Below, one piece after another: positions 1-12,499 of a stretch of 64,000 nucleotides of DNA. Each line of letters begins with the position of its first letter. Position 1 is the first letter of the stretch. A program made the translations under genes and the position numbers. This DNA comes from Octopus bimaculoides (taxonomy: Eukaryota), in contig NC_068983.1 in the NCBI RefSeq assembly GCF_001194135.2, positions 86,927,857-86,991,856 of the forward strand, written 5' to 3'. The notes below the pieces were generated by a model. It saw nothing but the letters and a program-made list of their open reading frames with translations, had not been told where the DNA came from and searched no databases.

Positions 1-170
1 CACCACACTTTGTCAAGCAAATTGATCCCAGGACTTATTCTTCGTAAGCCTAGTACTTATTCTATCGGTCTCTTTTGCCAAACAGCTCAATTACAGGGAC
101 ATAAACACACCAGCATCAGTTGTCAAGTAATGTTGGGGAGACAAACGCAGACACACAAACACACACACAT

Positions 171-203
<33 letters not shown>

Positions 204-223
204 GTATGTACACACGTACATAT

Positions 224-545
224 GTTGAATTCAACTTACATTGAAAGTCAACAATCAAAGTTTGTTTTAGAAGCATTGAGATGTATTGAAAGATACAGAT
301 AAGGGAATAATTTTATTCTCAAATGCAGGATTATGTTAATGTTATATAGCATGAACAGGATAAACTATCCATATTTTGCAGAAAAATCTGTTGGTGGCCA
401 GATTCTTTTGCAAAATATGGATAGTTTATCCTGTTTATCCTATATTTGAGAATAAAATTATTTCCTTATCTGTATCTTTCAATACATCTCAACACTTCTA
501 AAACAAACTTTGATTGGTGACTTTCAACGTTAAGTTGAATTTAAC
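224..545. mobile_element. Foldback / MITE-like element with two nested inverted repeats
   Basis: Outer arms 224-324 and 444-545 are reverse complements with few mismatches; inner arms 354-390 and 399-435; flanked by TA-rich microsatellite. Confidence 0.8.
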
Positions 546-1430
546 GTGTATATATATATAAGTTTATCATAGGAACACTTTGCAATTAATGAATTTTTTT
601 GTACTTTGTTGTGCCAAGTTCATGTATCTACCTCAAGAACTTGAAGACAGTAGGAAAATACTGTACTGTATCCCCAGTGTTTCCCATTTTTACCTTTTAC
701 CATTTAATCAAGAAGAGAAAGCTAGTGTTCGTATTGTTTATATCTTCAAAGAATTCAAGACTGCTGAGAAGGAAAAAGGGAATTATCATCAAGCTAATGA
801 TCTGGCCTGAATGCTTGCAACAGAATGAACTCCACTAAAAACAACCAAGGATCAGGTGATTGTGTTAAACCAGGTAATGGTTTAAGTCAAGAACTCAAAA
901 CACAAAAAGCTGGAATTGATACTGCAAGACAACACACTCAATGCTCAAACAATTCCACTAATCTACCATCCTGGATTAGTATTTTATTTTATTGACTCAG
1001 TTAATTCCATAGCTAGTGTGTTCGCTTGTATATCTATCATCCTAACAATAAGACAAGTGGGGGAACATTTTTTTTTATAGGGAATCTTTGAATATGGGTA
1101 TAAGAATCAAGTCCATAATATAAAAGAGAAGTATGTTTTGAAGGAGCAACCTAGTGATATGAAAGCATCTGAGTTGAGTATCCAGTTCATTTCTTACATA
1201 TTACTGGATCAGTATTTACTTTATTTTTAAGGCAGTAAAACCCATATTATATGCTATTCCATTGAAACTATAGTCACTTGGAAATTGTACTAAGGAAACA
1301 TAGAAACTGTCTTACCTAAAAAGTATGTACTATACTAAAAGTAAACCAAAAATTGTTTAGGATATAGGAACTTCAGAAAATGATTTGCCATCTTCAATTC
1401 AATTTAACTCTGTGTTATTCTTAATTTTAG

Positions 1431-1573
1431 ATCACGCAAAGAAACCAGAGAGAAAGAACAAGAGAATTTACGAGAATTATCTCAGAAGAATGAACAAATG
1501 CAATCTTTCCAATTGCTCAAAATGCGTTCATTTCGAGAAAAGCAATTGCAAAAGATGGAACTAACTCCAGCCT
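1431..1573 (+). CDS. IQCB1: IQCB1 internal exon (SRKETREKEQENLRELSQKNEQMQSFQLLKMRSFREKQLQKMELTPA)
   Basis: ttaattttag| acceptor, |gttagt donor, 143 nt, open frame, coiled-coil composition; phase 1 joins the next exon. Confidence 0.85.
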
Positions 1574-4500
1574 GTTAGTTTATTGGTATTTATATTACCG
1601 TTTTCAAGTGTAATCATAGTGTGGGCATTAAAAATGTAGACAGCCAATATGATAGAGCATAAGACAAGAGGTCAGTGGTTTGCACCCAGTCACTAACATT
1701 TCATTTTGTTTATAGCTAAGACATCTGTGTTGACTGAGCAGAATTATCATCAAAAGTATTCCAGCCAATCCTATCTTTTTACTTCTTTTCTGAAACATAT
1801 TTAGGAGTATAGTATCTTTTGTGTTTTTAAGACAGTAGGCTTTGATGTGAGGAAAATCTGAATGTTATTTCTTGTACCAGACAAGGATTCTGGATTATTT
1901 TTCCTCTTTTTTTTACTTAATTTTTGAGAGCAGCCGGGTTTATTTTTAGTATTCTTGTTTGTGAGAGCAGTCGAGTTTATTTCAGATATTCTCATTTAAA
2001 AAATCATCTCTGTCTAACTGTTGAGAGGATGTTGGTGTTGCCTTGGTGGAGGTTTGTGCTCTCTGAGTGCTCTTGTTCACATTGTTTTCAATTTATCATG
2101 CATTATCTTGTAGCTTCAAGATTTTGAAGATGTGACTGTTTGTTTTTAGAATGACATTATATTGTAGATGTGAGAGACTAGATCTAACCAGTTTGAACGA
2201 AAAATAATTGAAGTATTTGGGCCAAAGATGGACGGTTTAAATGCTAAAGGGTTAATCAAAATAATCAGCTGGGCTTTTCTTCTTTGTTTTTTTGTGAACA
2301 AGCAGTAGAGAAGTGTTTATAAAATGCCATTCAGTGAAAGATGGAGCTAAACTAATAGAAGTGTAAGAACTACTAATATAGAATTTCCCCTCATTGTTAG
2401 AATGTTGCTGAGCAACAATCAAGACACTTAATTCCTCAAAGCAGCAACTAACCACTGTAGAAGCAGTCACAGTGCTTTAAAATTAATAAGTGGTTCATTA
2501 TATGCGAATGCAATCAAAAAAGAAGTTGAATGATCACACTGGTCTCATCTAAATGTCATCAGTAAATAGACTGCATTAATTATTCCTGTAGTAATTAACT
2601 CAAATATCTAACCTAACACAGATTAATTAATGAGGCTGTGCGATTAACCTTTTTCTCTCTCTTTTTTTCTTGTTCCATGCGTGTTCCAAAACATAAGGGA
2701 CATTACTTATGCCTAGCTTCCTAAATATTAAACTGACATAAGAGTTATCTCCCTTAAACACTAACTTTGGTTAAAACAACATCGATTGCTAGTGCCGAAT
2801 TCACGAGATAATAGTGTCGATATTTTTACGTTTTATTTCATTTACTTATTTTAGTTTGAGTTAAAATGAATCTATGTATATATATAATTCATGATTTTAA
2901 TTTAATACAGATCAAATCCTTAAATATCAAGCTGAAGAAATGGAGAATGCTGCTATTTGTATTCAGAAGAATTGGAGAGGATATCGAATTAGATGCCAGC
3001 AGAGTAAATTTCATACGGAATATATACAGCGTAGAGCAGCTATTAAAATCCAGAGAGCAGTAAGTCGAAAATTATTTAATTTTTGTGGTAGAATGTATAG
3101 ACAAATTTTGAAACTTCTTTTTAATAAAATCAATTGAAAAAAAACCAAATGATCAAAATCATTTTCTCAATGTCACATCCCATACACACACATCACTAGG
3201 ATTGATATTTACAAAAAACATTCTTAAATGGTTAGGAAAATAATAGACACCTAACTGAATATCCGAAAAAAAATATGTTTATGTATTTGTTTTGCAAGAT
3301 TACTGATGTGAAATCATGTGTTGAAACAGATATTGTTATATTTCAGGATGGTCATTTTCTTTTTTCTTGTCAATTAAACACACACACACTATATATTCGT
3401 TCTTCACTTGTTTATTATTGTTGTTATTTTATGTCCATTGTCTGGAAATTTTTTGTCACACATCCTATGACAAAAGTTTTCCAGACAATAGACATAAAAT
3501 AATAAACAAGAACAAATATATAGTGTGTGTGTTTATTTGGCAAGAAAAAAGAAAATGATCACCCCAAGATATAACAATAAAAAAAAATACTTCTTGTTTA
3601 TATCCAACTTAAGATGAATGTCTGGTTAGGATGCTAAATATTGTGGTATTAGCCTTGAGAGGTTTTCTCATTTAGACCTATGATGCATAAAAGCTCAGAC
3701 ATGTATTGTAGCAAACAAGAATTGTCTGCTATGGGTGTCAGAACTGCCTGATCATGTGATCTCTTTCTTCTGGACTTCTTCAGTAATAGGGGTCCAGTGA
3801 CTGCATACCAGCCAAATATTGTTGTTGTTGGCACTCTGTCGCTTACGACGTCGAGGGTTCCAGTCGATCCAATCAACGGAACAGCCTGCTCGTGAAATTA
3901 ACATGCAAGTGGCTGAGCACTCCACAGACACGTGTACCCTTAACGTAGTTCTCGGGGATATTCAGCGTGACTCAGTGTGACAAGGCTGACCCTTTGAATT
4001 ACAGGCACAACAGAAACAGGAAGTAAGAGTGAGAGAAAGTTGTGGTGGAAAAGTACAGCAGGGTTCGCCACCATCCCCTGCCGGAGCCTCGTGGAGCTTT
4101 AGGTGTTTTCGCTCAATAAACACTCACAACACCCAGTCTGGGAATCGAAACCGCGATCCTATGACCGCAAGTTCGCTGCCCTAACCACTGGGCCATTGCA
4201 CCACCACTAGCCAAATATTACAACCATGATATATAGAATTTTCGTGTCTTTTTAGTAATTGATATCATGAATAGCCAGTAAGCTTATTTTAAAATAACTG
4301 TTAGCAACGGAAGCAGTATTAATACCAAAAAGTAATCTTTATATCCAACTTAAGTGGAAGTTGTGTTAGAACACTGAATATTGCATTATTAGCTTTGAGA
4401 GATCCTCTCATATAGGTGCATGGTGCATAAAAGCACAGACATATATCACAGCAAATGAGAATTGTCTGTGATGGGCACCTGCACCTACATGAGAAGACCT

Positions 4501-7500
4501 CTCAATATGCAGCATTCTTACAAGACATACACATTAAGTTGGATATTAAGGTTGCCGTTTGGTACTACTACAAATTCCATTGCTAATAATTAGCTGTTGT
4601 TTAGTTACAGATCAGCCTTGATTGAGCAGATCTATGATCAAAAGAATTTCAACCATAAATTCCCTGTCTTTATATTTCATAGATAGTGTATTCAGAAGAT
4701 TATCCAATGTGTTGTTCATTTCAAGAGTAGTAGAGTGATTTGAGAAAGATTTGGCTGCTGTTTCTTGCAGATTGAACTACAGCAGACCTCCCTTTTTGAT
4801 GCAGTAATTGTTGACATAAAATCTAGCACAAACTTGAAAATGAAAAGCCCTATCCAAATATAAACTGTCATTTCTGGATGTGTACATCTCATCTATTTTG
4901 CCATAGTTGCACAGGTCAGATGGATTTTCTATGGCTGGATGCCCTTCCTGTTGCCAACTTTCACTTAATTCAAACATATTTTTCACAGAAGAGTAGAAAT
5001 GAATGACATGCCATGATGTCAAAACATAAGGATTCACACACACACACATATGGAGGGCTTCATTTCAATTTCCATCTTCCAAATCCATTCACAAAAGCTT
5101 TGGTCATTCTGGTGCTGTAGCCAAAGACACTTGCCCAAAGTGCTGCACAGTAGAACCGAATCTAAAACCACAGCTAGGAAGTAAGCTTCTTAATCATACA
5201 ACTGTGCCCTTGTGTGTTTCAAATGATCTGCTTCTTTGTACTAGAATATATTTAGTATTTCCCTCTTTATCTTTTTTACATGTGTTGTAACTTACAGATT
5301 TTATGCTGATAATTCATCATCTTTTTGTTTCAATACATTCTTCTTTTGTGTATTACCATCTTTAAAAGGTAAGGAGATGGCTTAAAAGGACCAAGTCAAA
5401 CATATCTCCTATCCCAACCAAATTGAAACCACAAACACTTACTGAAGAACGAAGAACAATATTACAGCAGCAAATAACTGACTGGAGAGAGATTCGTTCA
5501 GTAAGTGAATGCAATTTTTTAAATACATTAAGCTTTGTTTTTGTCTTTATGAAATTTAGGCATGTTGTATATTGTTGGGGTATCAGCAAACTAGCTCGGA
5601 AGTAAGAGCACATATTTGTGTTCTGTTGAAGCAAAACTCTATATACCTTTCAGGAATAACAAGAGATGAGAAGTGACAAGACAAAATGTTTGCTGTACAG
5701 TTTGTGGAAAATTAACTTTCAAATTTGATTTGTCCAGCATTAAAATCTCATCTAGTATATTTAGAACAAATTTAATCTTTTAAATAACAATACTAATAAT
5801 TACTAGCTGGACTCGTGAAAAATTCACGGAAAATATTTTTTAAAATGTAAGCATCTGTAAATTGTGTGCTGGTGCCATGAGAAATGTTTCTATATTGTGA
5901 CAGTCAAAGGCAGTGAGCTGGTAGAATAGTTAGCATGCTGTTGAAATGCTTGGCTGTATTTTGTCTGTCTTTACAATTCTGAGTTCAATTTCTGCTGAGG
6001 TTAACTTTGCCTTTCATCCTTCGGGAGTCAATAAATTAAGTATCAGTTACATACTGGAGTTGATCTAATCGACTGGCCCACTCCCCACCAAAATTTCCGG
6101 ACTTGTGCCTATAGTAGAAAAGTATATTGCGACAGTTACAGAATATAGAAAGAAGTGCAAAACTGATAACTATATAATCCAACCAAAATATCTGTTATGC
6201 AAATGTAAACAGAATTACTATTAAGCCTTAAAATACATCGTACATATTCAGAGAAGCCTCTTGGTTTAGTGGTACGGAACGTTTCTCTCATATTTTTTTA
6301 TTCTTTTACTTGTTTCAGTCATTTGATGGTAGACATGCTGGAGCACCACCCTTTAGTCGAAGAAATTGACCCCTGGTATATAGGATACGGTAATTAATTA
6401 TATTGTAGAAAAGTAAAGGGAAAAAATAGAATTAATATTTTTGATTTTGTTGAGCTCTATGAGTTTAATACTTTTTAAATGCTTTCGTCAACTGCTTGAT
6501 ACAAGAAAAACGAAAATTGGAAAAATCCAGACCAAAAGAGAAATTCTAACTTGACAAAAAATATAGAAAGAGAAAGTTGCGTTTACTTCCACCATGCAAC
6601 ACTTATTATCATACACACACACACACACACATACATTCATATATATGTGTGTGTCTTAGTTTTTGTTTACTTATACACATCAACAAATGAACTAATTGAA
6701 CAACTCTGTGTGGTTGTTCAATTTGCTAGAAATAACAGCCAAATTTCTCTGATACTATGCTCTCGTTAGTATTAAGGAAAGGAAAAAGATAGAATTGATA
6801 TTTTTGATTTTGTTCGGCTCTATGAATTTAAGTTTTTTTTTATGCTTTCACCCATTACTTGATACAAGGAAAAAGAAATTGGAAAAATCCTGACCGAAAC
6901 AGAGAAATTGTAACTTAACAAAAAATATAGAAAGCCAAAAGATGTTTTTTAACTGAGGTGTAATTTTATAATTAAAATAGGTTCAAAATTTAAATTTCGG
7001 AACATAAAACAGGTTATCTGGTGTATGGCCAAATTCAATTGGGTAGAAGACCTAAAACAAGTGGNNNNNNNNNNNNNNNNNNNNNNNNNNNNNNNNNNNN
7101 NNNNNNNNNNGTTCAATGGTAGAAAGAAATTCAAATAGCTGTCAGCCACTCTCTCATTCTCTCGATACACGTCATATTTAAGTATCTTAATTTTCTCATT
7201 AAGATTGTTGCTGCTTTGGTGGCCTACTAGTAGGCATGGGTGTTAAGAAGTAGTAATACAACACATAGGTGATGGTTTCAAATCTCTTCCAGAAATTACA
7301 AGAGGTCTAGTTAAGAATTTTTATTTAAGCAACAAAATTTCTTTCTATTAAGCGTGATACACATGTCAGGTACATACAAAAAACAATTTGGCATATTAAT
7401 ATTATTGATCATTATCCTTTCTACAAAAGGCACAAGACCTAAAATTTTGTGGGAGAGACTAGCCAATTACATTGACTCCAGTGCTTGATTTATCAACTCC

Positions 7501-10500
7501 TGAAAAGATGAAAGGCAAGATCGACTTTGACGTTATTTGAACTCAAAACGTAAGGACAGACAAAATGCTGCTAAGCATTTTGACTGGCGTGCTAACATTT
7601 CTGCCAGCTTCCCACCTTAATAATAGTAATGTAGTGTTTTCTGAAGGGTTCATGTTTTTCTTTCTTTTCCTAGAAAAAACTGGGTTCCTTTGAAGAGCAG
7701 AAACGTCTTCATCTGAAAGCTAATGAGCTTCTGCAGCAGTTCTACAACAACCTACAAGCATCCCGGAAACAATTACTATACAATAAAGCTTTGCTTGCTA
7801 GACTAGATGTAGATTCAGAGTCTTTAATCAGTGAGTATCACCTATTAACACTGCTGGATTCTTTATATTAGCATATACTATTCTTCTGATCAACTAAGCG
7901 TCATAGTACAAAACTATTTTTATTCCATAATAGAAAAACATAGCAAGTGAGGTTCAATTATTTCACCTAAGTCATTTTAGATTTAAAACAAAAAAAAAAA
8001 AAGGAAAAATAGGATTAGCTCCCTTTGTTCTATTTTCTTGATAATCGAAGGGAAATGGATCCGCCAGTCTAAGTATAAAATTATTTCTATGAAATATGTC
8101 TGTTTACATGATTAGGACAAAATTCAAAACCATAATTTTTTGATAAATGGTCCTCACACTTAACTACTATGCTTCAATTTATATAATCAAATGTTTTCAT
8201 ATATACCAAGTAACAAAAATATTATGGTAGATATGTGATTGTTCATAGAACCAAATCATTGATTAATAAATTTTCTCCACATAAATACAGAGCTAAGCTA
8301 CCTTAAATTTTGCACAATTATTCAATGGCCCAAACACTCATCCATCTTTAAACAAAAGGAAATAAGAAATCTAAAGGAAGTATTTATTATGTAAAAAGGC
8401 ATGTAAAAAGAACCTTCAGAACGTGGCTGATGCCAGCGCCACCTTGACTGGCTTCTGTGCCGATGGCACATAAAAAGCACCAACCGATCATGGCCATTGC
8501 CAGCCTCCTCTGGGCCCTGTGCTGGTGGCACATAAAAGGCACCCACTATACTCACGGAGTGGTTGGCGTTAGGAAGGGCATCCAGCTATAGAAACTATGC
8601 CAGATCAGAGCCTGGTGCAGCCTCCTGGCTTCCCAGACCCCAGTTGAACCGTCCAACCCATGCTAGCATGGGAAACGTACGTTAAACGATGATGATGATG
8701 ATGTGGAAGAATTTATATACATATGATGGGAGCAGGCATGGTTTCAGGCTCATTTCCTCTGCTTCGTACCTTAGGCAAGTGTCTACAGCTCTAACTCCAG
8801 GTAGACATGCCCCCCCCCCTTTGTAGGCAGAAATTGTACAATGGCCCTTGTATATGTATGCGAATACTCACATTCTGCACTATAGGCAATAATGTATGTT
8901 GACATTTTCCTGTCAACAAATCATCTGATAGCTTTGCTTTCAAACACAAGTGGAGTGGCAACTTCCTTATTTGAAAAGCAACTAAAGATTATCACACGAA
9001 TAGTGCCAAGCTATAAAACAAAGCCTTGATACTACATATTCATCTAACCCATGCTAGCATTGAGAGATGGACATAAAAATGTATTGCATACTTGTGACTT
9101 GCAATTAGTCCATGTTGGTTCATATCAAGCCAAACTATAATCAAAGATTGTGATCTGAGTGAGATTTGACTACAACCCATCTGTTTAACATATGGAAAGT
9201 TGCAAGTTTCAAACATGGTGTAGCTGATATAATTTTAGATGTGTTGGTTTCTGAAGCATAATGGGTTTGGAACTAAGGTGTCATATTACTGAATGTGTTA
9301 CACTCTTAACCTTTCTGATAAAAACTTCTGAGCTAAAATCTTCCAATAAAATTTCGTAACATTTTACATGCTGAACACCAGCCAAGATTATTTAACTGAA
9401 TTCTCTATTATTTTCAAAATTAACTAAAACAAAAGTCAGTGTACATAAACATAAATATGGTAACATGAGTTAAGTAAAGCATCCAACCCCAGAAACAGGT
9501 TCTACTCCCAGGTTTGGTGACTTACAGCTGGAGGGCAATAATTGCTCTAAAGAAAAAAAAACAAAAATGATTCGACATGAAGTCATAAGTCCAAGAGGAC
9601 TGCACAAAGTTCTAGTGTCTACTTCGGCATGGATTAATGCTCTTCCTAATATCAGCTACTTTACTGAGTAAACTGAGAGTTTTTTATGGCTTCAGCACTA
9701 TTTAGGCCACCAATAACTCATACAAGATTTCGTTGGTGCTGGAACCACAATGCTAAAACCTGGTAGCTTTTTGCTTTCAAGTACAAGTGAAATGACAACT
9801 TCTTTACTTGAAAAACAAGGATTACAAGAATGGCACCTAGCTATAAAACAAAGCCTTGATATGTATCCATCTAACCCATTCTAGCAGCCAATTAGTCCAG
9901 ATAGGTTCTCATCCAGCAGGACTATGAGCAAAGAGGTATGATTATCATGGCTAGAATGTCTTTTGTTTATAATTGTACTTTATCAGGTCTAAATAATAAA
10001 TATATACCAATTTATTAATTTTATCTTTGTTGCCACCTTCAAACAATTTGTATCTGGATCTACAAAACCAGGTAGTAGACATGTATACTCATTTGTTGTT
10101 TGTGGTGATATCTCAGTCAATTAAGAGTAATATAGAGTTTAGCTTTTCATAAACCATCAGTGTCATTTCTGCAACCTCTCCCCTGATATCGCAAACAGAT
10201 GCTTATTGACTGATAACTGTAATCACAGCAGGACATGTTTCTATAGCTTAAATTCTGAAAATCTTCAAAAATACTAGCCAATATTAACCAATTTATCTAA
10301 TCTGCAGAACAAATATTCAGGACTGTCATATCTCTACAGCGAATCAAGTATGTTTGTCTCCTGGTGGCATCATTCACTCTCTACAATCCAATCCCTCCAT
10401 TCAACCACCCTCCTCTCCTGCTCCATCACTAAGACATACAAAGTGTTGAATGATGTGTTAATTTTGTATTTGCTCTTACTCCACATAGCAAGGGTCTACT

Positions 10501-11181
10501 GCCATATAAAAACATTGCATATCTCCAAACTTACAGCAAACATTTTGCTCAACAATTCACAAATACTATAAAGTTCACTTACAACTTTTATAAAAAGTTA
10601 TGTCCTGAATATGGTTAATTCCAGGGGTTCTCCAAAAGTTTTATATTTGCTCTACCATGAAATACTGAATGTCACTAAAATCATTTTCCAATTACCTCAC
10701 ATCTAAATGTTTATCCTATGCTGTCATGACTTCTACCCAATAAACACTGACCTAAGCCTTCATCTTAAGAAATACGTTCCACTGAAACTGTTAACCTTTG
10801 TTTTATTGCTAGACCCCAAAAAGAAAATTGTCAGTTGTGAGAATCAGGTTTAAAACAAATATTATCCACATTGAATTACGTCTGTTAACATTGGTGAATC
10901 TAATTAGCTAAAGGAATATTTCAATGTGTACTACTCAATCTGCTACTTCAAGCTTTAAAATCTCTTACGTTACAGATGCACCAAAACTTGAATCAGTAAC
11001 AGAAAAAGATGTCGACATTTACTCCAGTCCTTCGCTGCCTATATCAACAAAGGCTAAAATTGCACATAAAAAGGCACTGAAAAAAATAGCTGCACCTTGG
11101 TGGCAGAAATTGGAAGATTCTGATGAAGAAGAGGATATTGCACTAAATGACACCGCTGACTGTGAAGTACAAAATTTGTAG
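1431..11181 (+). CDS. IQCB1: IQ calmodulin-binding motif-containing protein 1 (nephrocystin-5), 3' part; join(1431..1573,2911..3059,5369..5500,7674..7830,10976..11181); 5' exons lie upstream of the window
   Basis: Five exons with AG/GT boundaries and consistent phases (2-1, 1-0, 0-0, 0-1, 1-stop). The product has two IQ motifs (ENAAICIQKNWRGYRIR; RRAAIKIQRAVRRWL) and a C-terminus KAKIAHKKALKKIAAPWWQKLEDSDEE that matches recalled human IQCB1 KAKQAHLTTLKHIQAPWWKKLGEESGDE. Confidence 0.92.
2911..3059 (+). CDS. IQCB1: IQCB1 internal exon with IQ motif (QILKYQAEEMENAAICIQKNWRGYRIRCQQSKFHTEYIQRRAAIKIQRA)
   Basis: taatacag| acceptor, |gtaagt donor, 149 nt; IQxxWRGY motif. Confidence 0.92.
3821..4208 (-). 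mobile_element. tRNA-derived SINE, apparently full length, with 11-bp TSD
   Basis: On the minus strand: A-box TGGCCCAGTGG, B-box GGTTTCGATTCCC, (AAC)n tail. AGCCAAATATT is duplicated at 3810-3820 and 4209-4219. Confidence 0.85.
4344..4543. mobile_element. Small TIR element (MITE), TA-flanked; diverged partial copy at about 3601-3760
   Basis: ATATCCAACTTAA at 4341-4353 and its reverse complement at 4534-4546; internal sequence is similar to 3601-3760. Confidence 0.6.
5369..5500 (+). CDS. IQCB1: IQCB1 internal exon (VRRWLKRTKSNISPIPTKLKPQTLTEERRTILQQQITDWREIRS)
   Basis: tttaaaag| acceptor, |gtaagt donor, 132 nt, phase 0-0; LTEERR resembles recalled human LTDARR. Confidence 0.88.
5907..6125 (+). 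mobile_element. SINE family B copy (aaggcagtgagctgg...gcctttcatccttcggg...gtagaaaag)
   Basis: Same family recurs at 7412-7620 (-), 14905-15105 (-), 36455-36625 (+), 37245-37410 (+) and 43305-43430 (-). Confidence 0.75.
6415..6935. repeat. Diverged direct repeat, about 160-bp units at 6415-6575 and 6775-6935
   Basis: Shared atagaatt(a/g)atatttttgattttgtt...cttgatacaag...aattggaaaaatcc...aaaaaatatagaaag. Confidence 0.8.
7412..7620 (-). mobile_element. SINE family B copy, inverted relative to 5907-6125
   Basis: Reads as the reverse complement of the family (ggatgaaaggcaa...ctgccagct..ccacctt). Confidence 0.7.
7674..7830 (+). CDS. IQCB1: IQCB1 penultimate exon (KKLGSFEEQKRLHLKANELLQQFYNNLQASRKQLLYNKALLARLDVDSESLI)
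   Basis: tttcttttcctag| acceptor, |gtgagt donor, 157 nt, phase 0-1. Confidence 0.88.
8410..8702 (+). mobile_element. RTE-3'-end-related short element (SINE or truncated LINE) with (GAT)n tail
   Basis: ttggcgttaggaagggcatccagc...gtccaacccatgctagcatgg...cgttaaacgatgatgatg. Related copies at 22543-22722 (-), 24075-24465, 27735-27848, 35661-35800 (-), 51270-51430, 56095-56290 and 57017-57250 (-). Confidence 0.8.
10976..11181 (+). CDS. IQCB1: IQCB1 last coding exon (APKLESVTEKDVDIYSS...APWWQKLEDSDEEEDIALNDTADCEVQNL*)
   Basis: cttacgttacag| acceptor in phase 1, TAG stop at 11179-11181; conserved APWWxKL motif. Candidate AATAAA at 11614-11619. Confidence 0.92.
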
Positions 11182-12499
11182 AAATAGTTGAAAAGTAAAT
11201 GTTTGGTTCTATAAACAGTTATATCCTGCTGTCAGTTTCCCAATTCTTATAGGAAAGACTAGCTTTGGATGGTACATAAGCTATCATACTCTAAATTTCC
11301 TATCCCACAATAGAGAGGGAAACGTGCATTATCTACTATAAACCCGAAACAGAAAGCTAAGATTGAAGACTTGCAATATGTCAAGGGAATTCAAGTCAGA
11401 ATGAGAAGCTGTTTCAGACATTTTGAAATGCCATTTCATTAGTTGTTGCATACTCTACCTTGTAGTCTTTATTGTGACAGACAAGGAAACAATACAAATT
11501 TTATACATCACAACCTATATATATTCTATGCTAATTTGGACAGACAGTTAAATATATTAAAAATATATTTAAGCTCATATGAAAGAAATAACTGTACCAG
11601 TAGACTACTGAAAAATAAAAGGTGAGAAGCAATCACTTTTTTTCTTTTTTTCAATCAAAGGATTGCATTCATTAGCTGAATTAAATTTCATAGTAACATT
11701 GAATAATCATAATGCTCTTCTGATAACCATAATCAAATTCTGTGACCAATATCTCCTTGAACACTCAATGTAGACAGAGAACACATACAGCGACAAATGC
11801 CTGCTGTACTGCCAGATATTGTTGAAAATAAGTATCGTTTGAAATGATATAAAGTATTTCCTAAGGTTGGATAAAAAAATAGTAAGAGGATGAAGAACGA
11901 CATGTTTTATTGTATAAACTGTTGTTCAGTTCAAATGACATTTGTTGCATATTTTTCTTCAGTAACTTTTACCTTATCTTCCTTAACTCTTTAGCAATCA
12001 GATTACAGTCAAATATTATTTCTTCCAGGTTTTGAATTAATCATGCATTATCTCATAACTTGTGAGATTTTGGTAGTCTGTATACTTATAGGCGCGTGAG
12101 AGGCCAGATTGAACATAAACAAGGATATGCTAAAGGATTAATGAGATATTTCCCCCTTGGACCTCTTTTAGTAGGGGACAAATTACTATCCACTTTAAAA
12201 AGTTGAATTCAGTAGAAGTTAAATTTTATATTATTTCAGTGATGTAGCTTTTAAGAGAACGACACTTGTGTTCCAAAGAATGACTTAAATGGATGATCAA
12301 GGATAATGAAGTAGTTTCCAAAAACATTCTACTTCATAGTCGTAAATAACAAATATTGGAGCATATTAATAATATGACTGAATAGTTTCACTGACTATAT
12401 CTGCTAAAATTAAAACATGTCACCATCCTAGCAAAAATCAAATTTTTCCACAAGCATTTGAATTTGATTTTGTTCAGTACATCAGTTAGTTTAGACATT

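Noticed and set aside
573-810. ORF after an AG with a weak IQ-like stretch (KASVRIVYIFKEFKT) where the preceding IQCB1 exon might lie
   Set aside because: No phase-2 GT donor occurs before the in-frame stop in any frame that would join exon 1431; the resemblance is weak. The real exon is probably upstream of the window.
4130-4208. tRNA-like sequence with A and B boxes
   Set aside because: It continues into a SINE body and tail bounded by a TSD, so it is a SINE head, not a tRNA gene. No true tRNA or rRNA gene was seen.
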